Part shown: one piece after another, positions 1 through 11,214 of the stretch | Position numbering within the stretch: the stretch's first letter is position 1 | How the letters are laid out: each line of letters begins with the position of its first letter | The notes under the pieces: generated by a model | Databases searched by the model: none | What the model saw: only the letters and a program-made list of their open reading frames with translations | Told to the model about the DNA's origin: nothing | NCBI GenBank assembly: GCA_000388065.2 | Contig: KB932203.1 | DNA: 64,000 nt | Direction: 5' to 3' (one strand) | DNA from: Fonticula alba ATCC 38817 | Taxonomy: Eukaryota; Protista; Nucleariida | Made by a program: the position numbers and the translations under genes

Positions 1-2702
1 CACGGCCTGCCGGCGCGTCAACTACCCCCCGCCCCCCGCCCGCCCCTCGCGAGCGGAGAAGCGAGGCCGTTCTCTCCTGGGTCCTCGGCCCGGCGCACGC
101 ATCAGAGCCCAGCCCCCGGAACCCCCACGGGACCCCCCCTTCCGGCGCGCTCACTGGGACCCACGAGCACAGGCGACAACCCCACCTTGAAGAGTGCGCT
201 TTCCCACCGTTCTTCTTCCACCGGGAGGAAATGGGCCCGCCGCTGGAGGATGTGGAGGGGGGGGGGGGGGGGGGGGGGGGCGGGGACCATGCGACCGGGT
301 CTGCCTTCGGGCCCGGGAGGGGGCAGGCGGATCAAGATCCCAAGTACACATTCTGGACTCTCGGGCGAAGAGCGCACGGGCGGGGGCGCGACAAATGTCC
401 CCAAGAGGCGGCGCTTGGATTCAGCTAGAAGCGCGCCCCGCTGGCCAGATCGAGCGGGGGACACCTGGACGCGAGGATGCAAGGGGGAAAGTGGGGTGGG
501 GGGGGGGGGAGGAGGGCGGCCCCACAGTCCTTCTCTCCAGAAACACATTACCATGCAGTGCCCCCGCTAGGGGATCTCGCATGCGATCCCCCCCCCCCCG
601 CCCTGCCCCTTCGCCGCGCACTGGCGCCAGGAGAACCCCACGGCAAGTGATCTGTAGCGTCGGGAAAAAGAGACCCCTCATCCCCCTTGGACAAATAATC
701 AAGTGCCAGCCCCTCCACCCCGTAATAGTGGCGCATTCCCTGTGACATTCTCCCTCGCCTCAGCCGAGGCGAATGTCTCCCCCCCCCCCCCTCTGTAGCC
801 TCCCTTGCCCCCGAGTGGCATCCCCACGCGCTGGACGCAACAATGAACTCAGCAGATGGGATTCGCTCTGTTGCCGCCCCCCCCCCCCCCCCCCCCCCGG
901 CCCAGAGCCCGCCTCAGCCGAGTCTTCCTCTCTTGGCCCCCCCGCCTTCTCTCACACGCATCTGCAAATGAACCAGAAGCCACCTGACATAGGGTTGGCA
1001 GCTCGGCCATGGGTTAATTTAAGCCGATCTCACTGGAGGAACGCCGACCGGCGGCTTGGAGGGGGGGGGGGCGGCGATGCCCGGGGTACACCAGGCGGCC
1101 GGAGAGAAGCGCCCAACGGGAGGGGACAGGAGGGGAGGCCAGAACCCGAGCCCCCCTCCCCCCCCCCCCCGCCCGACTGTGAGGGCCACGGAGGGAGGGC
1201 GCGAACAGGACAAGAGGCACCCCCCTGCTTGAGAAGCCGCCACGCAGACCGGCGAAAACCCGCGAAATAATAATGTTAAATATCAGTGGAGCACCCCGCG
1301 TGTGTGCTGGTCACAAAAAGCGAAGAAAAAAAGGAGGGTCCCTTGCCCCACACGACGATCCTCGTTACCCTGTTAAGAGGCCCTCCTCCCCCGGGCCCAG
1401 GCAGCCAGGGCCATAGACGCGGCCGTACCCCCCTCCCTCCCCCCCCCCACCTGGCGCCAAGCGAACAATGTTCTCCTCGGGCGCAGCCCTGCTGCTACCG
1501 CCGCGCGGGGGACACCAGGATGCGCGCGGCCAGACCCACAACACAGCGAGCAACAATCGCGGCGCCGGCCGTGGTCGGGCTATATGGTCGGGGCCCCGGG
1601 ATTCAAACCCAAATCCCGGCTTGCCTCTCCCCTGCCTGTGCCGCTCTTGGGGAGTTCTCCCCGTCCCCCCCCCCNNNNNNNNNNNNNNNNNNNNNNNNNN
1701 NNNNNNNNNNNNNNNNNNNNNNNNNNNNNNNNNNNNNNNNNNNNNNNNNNNNNNNNNNNNNNNNNNNNNNNNNNNNNNNNNNNNNNNNNNNNNNNNNNNN
1801 NNNNNNNNNNNNNNNNNNNNNNNNNNNNNNNNNNNNNNNNNNNNNNNNNNNNNNNNNNNNNNNNNNNNNNNNNNNNNNNNNNNNNNNNNNNNNNNNNNNN
1901 NNNNNNNNNNNNNNCCGTCGGCCCTCCTGCTCGTGTCCGCCTTGATCCGCTCTCGCTGCTGCCTCCTTTCCACCCCCCACCCCCGGGTCCTGTGCCCCAC
2001 AGCGGAGCCCAGGTGTAACTCGCTTCTCCACCATACGTCTGGTGTCTCCCGTCCCCGCCTCCCGACATGCCCGCTGAGAAAAAAAAACAACTTCGAGCCA
2101 ACATACACAGCACCCCAGACTAGTGGGGGGATGGGACGCCAGCACCGACCAGCTCTCCCCACACAAGAGCCTGCCGGTGACGAACACACTGCCGGGCTCC
2201 ATACGCACTCTTTGCCCCCTCTCGGGCTTTCCTCCTGCATGGTCGACACTCACCTTTGAAGCCTTCGACGCCCCCCCGCCCCCCTCGCCACTTCTGGACT
2301 TACTCCTTCGTCCTCGTCCCGTCGATCGCAGTTCACCCTTCGCCGGCTGAATCGGCGAGGGCGGCGCGCGGGCATCTGCGAGACACACGCCGCACAAAGA
2401 GGTCACATGAGGAACACACCATACCGAAATACAAACTCAACATCACTTAATCAACATGTAATGACATAAATATGTCACATGAACAACCAACTCGCCGAGC
2501 GAACGGCGTGCCCTTTTCCGCCCCGAAGCCCGCATGGCGGCTGCCACTTTTCCAAACTTCCATCCTCCCTGGGACTGGACCAGGACGGATGAGCGGGGGG
2601 TGTTGCGCCGACACGCGCCCGCGCGTCCCTGCGAGCGCGTGGTCCCCGAATGTCTCTTTTCCGCGGGCCCCGAGGCTGGGCACCCTTTTCTAGCAAGTCC
2701 CT

Positions 2703-2736
<34 letters not shown>

Positions 2737-3225
2737 CCGCGCGCACCCGCCCGCCCCCGCCGCCCCCCCAGCATTCGTGTCGAGCCCAGAGAGCGCCCTG
2801 GGCAGAGCAAGAATGGGGGAGTGCAGAATGCCCCCTCTCTCGCGCGCGCGCGCATGCGTCCACGCGTCCACGCGTCCGCAACAGGGCCCAAACTCCTGGG
2901 AGAGGGGGGAGCCGGCCACAGCCCCGGATCCCCCATCCTTGATCGGATCTTCCACACCCCCCCCCCCCCACACTCGCCGCCCCCCCTCCCGAGAGCCTAT
3001 TCGGCCCGTCGAAGCAACAATAGAGTGGGTCTTTTTCAGGCCGTGCACCATCTTTAGCCGCAAGCCGGCCCTCAGACCTACCCCGACACCACCTCCACCT
3101 CGTTGGCTCATCCATCCAACCTCATTGTGCTTTTTTCCCCCTCCCCTCCCCCATACACACACACACACACACGCACATCGCCCCTCTCCCCCCCGTTCGA
3201 GCGCCGCCACCCGCCCTTCCCCATC

Positions 3226-6200
3226 ATGGCTCCTCGCCAGCAAGACAAGGTAGATCTCTCTCTCTCCCTCTCCCTCTCTCTTTCTCCCTCTCTCTTTCTC
3301 CCGGCCTTTCTGCGTGCTCCCCGTCTCCTCCATCTCCCACTCGGTCACTCACCCCCCCCCCTCCTCTCTCCCTTTCTTTGTCCTCCTGTCCCACCCTCCT
3401 CCCGCAGGCCAAGAGCGTGGCCGCCCCGGGCAAGACGAAGTCCGCGAGCGCCGCCACCGCGGTGACCAAGCAGCACAAGAAGGCTGACAAGTCGCAGCAC
3501 AAGAAGAAGCTCCTCGCTGCGGCTGCCGAGAAGAAGGCCAAGCAGGCCGCCAAGCAGGAGGCTGCCGGCGCCGCGGACGCCGGCGCCGCCGAGGAGAAGC
3601 CGGCTCCCACCATCAAGTTCACCCCCTCGGACACCTTCCAGAAGGCCTCGGCCTCCGGTTTGGTGGAGCTCCTTGGGCAGTTCGTCGATGCAGGCTCCAA
3701 GGCCCCCGCCAAGATCCCGGGTCTCTCCAAGGCCATTCTCGCCAAGGCGGCGCAGGTCCAGCCTGCGACTGAGGTGCGTGCCGATCCCGCCCCCTCCCCC
3801 CCTCTCCCGTTGTGTTTGTGCCCTTTTGTCTCCCTCCCCTCTCCCTCTGCCCCCGCTGACATCGTTCGCCCCCCCCCCCCCTCCCCCTCCCCCCCCCCCC
3901 AACCCCACCGACGAGATGGCCTACCTCCTGCGACGCTGCATCCGTGGTCTGGCCTCGTCCGAGGTGACCCTGCGCGGGCACTTCGCCGAGCTGCTGGTCC
4001 AGCTGACCGGCGCCCATGCGCAGGCCCTCACCTTCGCCACTTTCGCCGACCTGGCCGAACAGAACCTCAACACCCGGACCTCGGAGATCCGCGACACGGT
4101 CCTCACGCCGGCCCTCTGTCTCCTGACGACGGTTCTCCTCCGGACCGGGCTCCTCTTCGCCACGCCCGAGGGCTTCACCGCCTGTCTGGATCGCCTGCGC
4201 GAGCTCTTCACTCCGAAGCGTGCCACCCGGCAGGACGTCATGCCCGTGTACCAGGCCATCCTGGCCGAGTGCCTGTCGGCCAACGGGGCCGAGGATGATG
4301 ACCCCCGCGCGGCTCTTCTGCCGGTGCTGCTCGAGCACCTGGCCGCCCTGGTCCGCCTGGACGTCCTGAGCCCGGAGCTCATTGCACTTGCGGTGCAGCT
4401 GACCGACCATGCGGCCGCCGGGGTGCTGACTCTGCCGGCCAAGGCCAACCTCTTCCCGCAGCCCACCTGGGCCGCCAAGACCGCCGGCTGCCTGGCGCAC
4501 CCGTCCAACATTGACCTGGCCATCATGGTCATCCTGGACGACACGCAGGTGTGCCTGAACATCGAGCACCCGCTGTGGCGCGCGCTGGCCAACAACTTTG
4601 CCCGGCGCAGCAACGGCCCGAAGGCCGTGTCCTGGGTGACGCACAGCTTTGCCGCCTTCTGGTCGAAGATCTTCGAGCAGGGTCTCCTCCAGGTGGAGAA
4701 CTACACCAAGCTCGAGCTGGCGCTGACCTTCGTGGCGCAGCTGGCCGCGGCCGGTGCCTCCGGTAGCGTCCTCTTCCAGGCCCTCTCGCCGAACCTGGTC
4801 TACCAGTTCCGCCGGGCTCTGGTCACCACCAAGAAGCCGATCCATGCCCCGGCCATGGCGCTGGTGCGTTTGTGCCTCTTTTTTCCTTCTTTCTCCCGCC
4901 CTCTCTCTTTCTCACACATGCCCACCCACAACCTCCCTCTCTCTCTCTCTCTCTCTTTCTTTATTTCTTTCTCTCTCTCTTTCTCTCTTTATTTATTTAT
5001 TTATTTCCCTCTCCCTCTCTTTCCCTCTCCCCCCCTCTCTTTCCCTCCCCCCCCTATCTCTCTCTCTCTCCCTCTCTCCCTCTCTCTCTTCCTCTTCCTC
5101 TCCCCTGCCCTCCCTTCTTTGCCAGATGAATGCCCTGATTGCTCGCTGTGCTGGTGATGTGGAGCTTACCCTGCAGATGTCCTTCTGGACGGTGCATGCG
5201 TACCTCCCGCGCGCCTTCTCCACCGCGGCCAAGAAGCAGCTGCTGTCCTTCCTGTATGCGGCGCTCCCCAACCGGGTCGCCCTGCTTGCCCGGCTTCAGG
5301 AGCTCTTCTACGACCCGCGCCCCCTGCTGGCTCGTTACCTTCAGGCCACCGGCGGGCAGAGCCGCAAGTCCTCGGCCGCCGAGGAGGCCGCCAACCCGGC
5401 CCTCGCGGCCGAGGCCGCCGCCTCCGCCCAATCCCAGGAGGCACACCTGGCCAACAGCCTGCGTCTCTTCCTGCTGGATCACATGCAGATGATCCTGCGC
5501 CAGTCCGACAGTGTCAGCACCCTGGTCGAGCCGCTGCTCAGCCTGGCCCTGTGTGTTGGTCACTTCCAGGTCAGCCCCGAGGCCAGCCTCAGCAGCGAGG
5601 GGAGCCTGGCGGTGCCGGCCGCCCTGCAGGCCGAGGCCACTCGGCCGGCCCCGACCCCGGCCTTTGATGCCCGGGTGCGGTCCGTTTCGCGGACCGCCCT
5701 GTCGGCCCTGCTCTTCGCCGGGTGCCAGCTGGCCCCGGGGCAGGCGACCGCCGCCCCCCCTGCCGCCAGTGGCGGCCCCGCTGGCCATGTGACCCTGTCC
5801 AGCAAGCTCGAGGCCAGCATCCGGCTGATGCGTCTCGTGGGCGACGGGTTCATGGCGCTGGCCGGTGCCACGGCCGGCGTCGTGAAGCTGGCCCGGCCGA
5901 CCGATGAGCTGGCTGTGCCGGAGCCGGCGGTCGACCCGGCTGACGAGGTGGCCGCCCTGGTCGAGGCCCATGGGCTGCTGACTGCCAGCCTGGCCGCCGT
6001 GGCCAAGCAGCGCGGCCAGCTGGCCGCCGATGATGCCACCAGCCCGGCGTACCTGACCGTGTTCGAGCTCCTGGCGCGGACTTTCTTCTTCCAGGTGTTG
6101 GTGGGCGAGCTGCCGATCGAGGGGTTCACCGATCAGCTGAGCGATCTGGACCAGGCTCGGGCGGCGCTCTTCCCCAAGCCCTCTGGCCGGGGGAAGGCCC

Positions 6201-8683
6201 CGCTGGCGGTGTCCCTGGGTGCCGTGGCCGCGGGCCAGCCGAGCCCGGTGGCTGTCGTGGTGGACATGCTGCTGGCCATCCTGATGCAGCCGAGCCAGCT
6301 GCTGCGTCTGATTGCGCAGCACTCTTCCGATGTCTTCTCGCAGAGCTGCGACTCGGAGTCGGTGCAGCTGCTGGCCAATGTGCTGGCTGCCTCCACGGGA
6401 TCGCTGGTCGATGGCGAAGGGGCGGAGGATGCCGAGGATGACATCCCCGAGGATGAGGAGATGTCTGACGGCGAGGCGGCCAGCGATGGCTCCGACTCGG
6501 ATGGTGCTTCCGATGCTTCGGACAGCTCCGACGATGAGGACGAGGATGATGACGATGAGGACGACGACGACCTGGAGTCCAATCGCCTGGAGCTGACCCC
6601 GGAAATGCGGAGCCTCCTGACCGGGAGCCGCGCTGCCGGCGATTCGAAGATGGCCGACGCATCGGGCTCCTCCGACTCCGGTTCCGGCTCCGAGGGCGAG
6701 GACGAGGACGAGGACGACGAGGTGGCCGATGATGAGCAGATGTTCGCCATCGAGCATCAGCTCCGCAAGATGTTCAAGCTGCGCCGCCTGCAGGCGCAGG
6801 CTGAACGCAAGAAGACCCGCATCTCGCAGGACTTCCAGATCAAGGTCCTCTCCTTTGTGGACACCATCATCTCGCACACTCGCAAGCCGGAGCCGGTTGC
6901 CGAGCTGCTGCCGATCGTCACGCGCCTGGCCCTGGGCACCAACACTCCGGAGGTATGTCGGGGGCTTTCCTGCTTTTCTGGCTCCTTTCCCTTCGCCCCC
7001 CCCCCCTCTCCCCCTGTGCTGCCCTTCCCGTTGGATGGTGTTCTGACTTTGCTGGTCTTTCTCCTTCGTGCTTCCCCTTCTTCTCCGGGTGGGGTAGTTG
7101 CTGTCCCGTGCGGCGCAGACCCTCGGCAAGTTTGGGCAGTTCCGCCCGAGCAAGGAAATCGAGCAGGAGGATCTGCGCGCGCGTCTTGTCGAGCAGCTGG
7201 ATGACTATGCCAAGTCCATCCGGACCATCAAGAACACCACCACGTCGGTCTCCCTGCAGGATCTCCTGTCCATTGCCTTTGTCACGACAGTGCGTCTGCT
7301 GGATGTGTCTGCCTCGACCGGTGGCAAGGCCGCGGACTCGTCCAGCCCGCTGGGCATGGCCCAGGGTCTGGTCCTCGACCTGGCCAGCCAGGGCGAGGTC
7401 AACAGCGTGGTGGAGGACTTTGTGGCATTCACCGTCCAGCGCCTGTCGGTGCTGGCTGGGCCGGTGCTGGCCGGTGTTGCTGAGCAGCTGGCCGCCGCGG
7501 CTGCCGCCAAGTCCACGCGTGACCTGCACCGGCATCTGCGCTTTGCCGAGAAGCTCCTGCTGAACTTGTCGGTGCGTGAGAGAAGGACAAGTGAGCGAGA
7601 GGTGTCTCTCCTGCCTCACGCGGTCCCGTGTCTCCTTCCCTCGCTCTGTTCCCTTTCATGATGCTTGGCTGACCTTCCTCCTTCCGCAGGGCGCCGACCA
7701 CTATGCCCCTCTTGTCAGCAAGTTTGTGCTCGCCGCGCGCGACATCATCCAGATGCTGGCCGACAATGAGGACATCTCCAAGAACTGGTTCCACACTCGG
7801 ACTCTGCTGCAGCTGCTGAACACCATCCTGCGTCGCTTCCGCCGGAACCTGCCCGAGGACGAGGTATGTGCCCCCCTATCTCGTCCCCTTTGCTCTCTCC
7901 CTCCCTCTGTCCATGTTCTTTTTTGCTTTTGTGAATCACCGCGCTCCCTCCCCGCCCCCCTGGCGGGTGTGCACAGGCGGCAGGCCAGGAGCGACGAGAG
8001 GAGCCATGTGCCATTCATCATACTGGCGCATCCTCAAGGCCGGTGTTTTTTTTTTCCCCTCTTCGCACCATCCCAGTTGCCTTCTTTCTGCTGTCTCTCT
8101 CTCTCTCTCTTCCCTCCCCACCTGTCGCCCCTTGTGTATTGCTCTTGGCTGTCGCTAACTTCGTCATATGGGATTGTGTCAATTTGCGCAGATCTTTGCC
8201 AAGGAGCTTCACACTGCTCTGGATGGGACCCTGTCTAATGTCGCCCTGTTGGCCCGGTGCCCTCAGTGGCGTTCCATGATCCTGAACATCCTGGAGGGTG
8301 TCGGCCTGAAGTCTACCGTCATCGTGGTCGGCAAGCGGTCGCCCAAGTCTCTGGTCCAGAAGGCTTCCACTGGCGGGGTTGTTGTCGCCGCTGCCGATGT
8401 TCAGAACCTCCGGAAGCAGGGTCGCAAGGAGCGCCGCCGCCAGGCGGCTCAGGCCAAGCGTCAGACCACCGCCGAAGAGGCCGAGTCCAAGAAGCGCACG
8501 CGCTCTGAGGACGAGGATACCAAGGTGGAGGAGGGTGCCAAGCCCGCTGATGAGGATGCCAAGAAGGACGCCAAGAAGGACGCCAAGAAGGACGCCAAGA
8601 AGGACGCCAAGAAGGAGGCCGAGAAGGACACCAAGACCGACGCCCCGTCTAAACGCCGCCGCATTGCCGATGGCAAGAAGTAG
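3226..8683 (+). CDS. MYBBP1A: Myb-binding protein 1A / DNA polymerase phi (Pol5) family nucleolar protein, ~1434 aa, 7 exons (3226-3249, 3408-3773, 3916-4863, 5126-6952, 7098-7571, 7690-7863, 8192-8683)
   Basis: Motif MAYLLRRCIRGLASSE matches the conserved Pol5/MYBBP1A Y-x-L-x-R-L-I-R-G-L-x-S motif. Helical body, long acidic D/E tract followed by DDEQMFAIEHQLRKMFK, and a Lys-rich C-terminus. All exon phases are consistent with GT..AG. The acceptor of exon 5 could alternatively be 7119. Confidence 0.88.
8558..8629 (+). repeat. 12-bp coding tandem repeat GCCAAGAAGGAC (AKKD), 4 perfect + 2 degenerate copies
   Basis: Read directly in the last exon of the MYBBP1A model. Confidence 0.95.
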
Positions 8684-11179
8684 GTGGTCACACCCTCCTA
8701 TGGTTGTTTCCCCTCCCCCCCCCTCTCTCTCTCTCTCTCTCCCTCTCTCTTCCTCATGCACGGATGCCCCCTTTACCGGGCTCGGTTTTGTCATTTGTGT
8801 GATTTGCTGAGGAACTGCCGCGCTGAATCATGTTATGCCCTTATTCCTCGGTCTTCCTCTCCCTCTGACGATACTGCACGACACGCGCCCCCAGAGGCCG
8901 GGGCTAGTGCAGCGAGCGAGGAAGTGCCATGGTGCCACTTCTGCCGCTGTTCTCGCCACTTTTTCGCCGGGTGCCAGATAGGGCGGCGAGAGGGAGAGGG
9001 GGGCCGATCAGAGAGACAGAGAGAGAGGTCATCAAACACAGCCACACACACACACCCCTGCGTGGTCTTCAGCCGAAAAAAAGAAAAAGACCCGGCCCCG
9101 CCCGGCTGGTTAAGGCTCCCTCCTTGTAACCCAAATAGATGAACTCAACTGTCCTTATGGTCGTGATCGAGGCCCCTGGAGGCGTGATACGGCCGCCCGA
9201 GGGCAGAGCAAAGCCGCGCTCTTGTCCGGGGGCGGGGGCGGGGGGGATTGTGCTGGATGCACTCTCAGGGACGTCTCTTCCCGACGAGCTCGCTCAAGAC
9301 CCGCCCCCCCCCCCCCCCCCCCCACCCGGAAAAGGGCGGGAGGGGAGCCACGCTACGGAGTGGGCCGGTGCCAGGGGCCGCGGGGATGGTAGCCTTTGTG
9401 TGGGGCTTATGTGTGGCGTGCCGGGGCGGGAGGAAGGGGGGGACGTCTGCAGGAGCATTTTGGGAGGGGCAAAATTGTCGACGGCCCTGGCACCCCGTGT
9501 CGGGAAGGGCGGCCCCCGGTGGCGACTAAGGTGTACTTTTCGTGTGGCCTTCATTGGCCTACGGCTGTCCGGAGGGTGGCCGAAAATTTGGAGCTCGGCA
9601 GGAGGCTGCGTCACGCCCCTCGGGAATGAGAAGGCTGGAGCATGGCTTTCGGGAGTGGCGGCCGACTGGAGGAGTGCGACGGCTTCACGCCGCCGGCCTC
9701 ACACGTGGAGAGGGGGTCTACGTTTCTCGCCATCTGCCTCTGCCTTCCCTCAAAGAAGACGGAGGACATCCAGGTCCCCGGGCCACGGGGGAGGTGTGGG
9801 GGGCGGGGGCAATTGTTCAGCGACCGTGTGTAAGCTGGGGCTTGGCTGGCGTGTGCGCCTGTGTCCGCAAGTATGTGTGTGTGTGTGTATATGTGTATGT
9901 GTGTGTATCTCTGTGTGTGTGTGTGTGTGTGTGAGTATGTGTCACCGACTGGGGAATGCCTCCACTCCGGGGGGTGTTTCGCCCGTCCCGTGGTCACTTT
10001 GCCAAGACTACGCGTTGGAGCGGGAGCGAGGGCGGTTGTGCCGCTGTCCGCTTGGCTCGGGGATAACTGTTCCTCCGCAAGCCAGTCCGCCACAAGAGGG
10101 AGTCCCTGGGGGTGGCCCGGCTTGGGGAGGCCCGGCATCCAACGCCTTCCTCTGGAGGGCGGGGGCGGGGCCCCATGGCGTGCCGAGGCGGCGGGCACGA
10201 AGACTGGTCAGCGTGCCCGGGAAACAACTATATTCAAAATCCGTCTTGCCCAAGCCTCGGGCTTTCCCGCTTACCGGGGAGGAGGCTGTTGGAATCCCCC
10301 GCTCGAGCCTCGTTCGCCGCGGCTTTTGCGCTCGCACGGCCTCTAAGGCGGCGCATCAGCGCCCCCGCCCCTTTTTCCCCGGGTGGAACCGGCTGGCAGG
10401 CAGGGGCGATGTGAGTCGGGCGGGATAGGCGCGGTGCGCATGGCCCCGGCCCCGGTCCCTTGGCGGTCCGGTGGTTTCACTGTTTTCGGGTGTCCTCACC
10501 TTGGGTGAATGAGAAACGCAGGCGGGGCGCTGCGGGCGCCAAGAGGCATGCCTCGTGTCGGGGGAGACCGGCGACAATTACCATGCTCCCCCGGGGGCGC
10601 GGCCCGGGGGGGGGGGAGCGGGGGCGGGGGGCAGGGCTAATTGCACCCGCGGCAGGCCTCTCGGCGACCTCAACCGCGCGTCAACCTTTGGCGCTTGGGC
10701 CGTGGCGCGCGCTGGATTCTTTGGCGGGCGGCCCTAATGGCGGACCTTTTCCTCGGCTGTGCCTGAGCAAGGCGGGCAGGTGGCCGGAGAGAGCGCGCGC
10801 GCGCGCTCAGCTGTATTGGGTCCCGATGCGCAGGTGCCCGCTTGTCGGTGTTGTTGTCCATGTGAGCGTCCGAAAGGGAGGCTCGACACCCGGAGGGCGG
10901 CGTGGCAACGCGTCCTCCTTTGGACCGAGGACCCCTGTCCGTCGCAGAGGTGGACCTTCGGGGGGGGGGGGGGCACTCGGCTCGGCCCTGGGCGGCAGGT
11001 GGGGGGCCGGGGCCGGCGGGCGAGGACCGCTTGCCGGCTGTTTTCCCCCTCAGGGCGGTGGCAAAAAGAGGCGCCGGACCATCTCAAGCAAACGCCCACC
11101 CTGGTGTCCATATTTTGCGGAGGGCATGCGTCCACGCAGACCCGCGCCGGTGCACACACGGAGAGTGGCGCGGCGTGCT

Positions 11180-11214
<35 letters not shown>

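Noticed and set aside
1583-1662. Minus-strand tRNA-like 3' end (GGGTTTGAATCCCGGGGCCCCGACCA)
   Set aside because: The T-arm and B-box look plausible, but the D and anticodon stems do not pair and the acceptor stem has two mismatches. It is not a supportable tRNA; a SINE relic cannot be shown without a genome search.
102-3225. Numerous long six-frame ORFs (Pro/Gly/Arg-rich), here and throughout the intergenic blocks
   Set aside because: They arise from high GC content, homopolymers and N-runs, and show no codon bias or recognisable motifs. Long antisense ORFs over real genes (for example 5054-7153, 14328-16511, 21114-22832) are shadows of GC3-rich exons.
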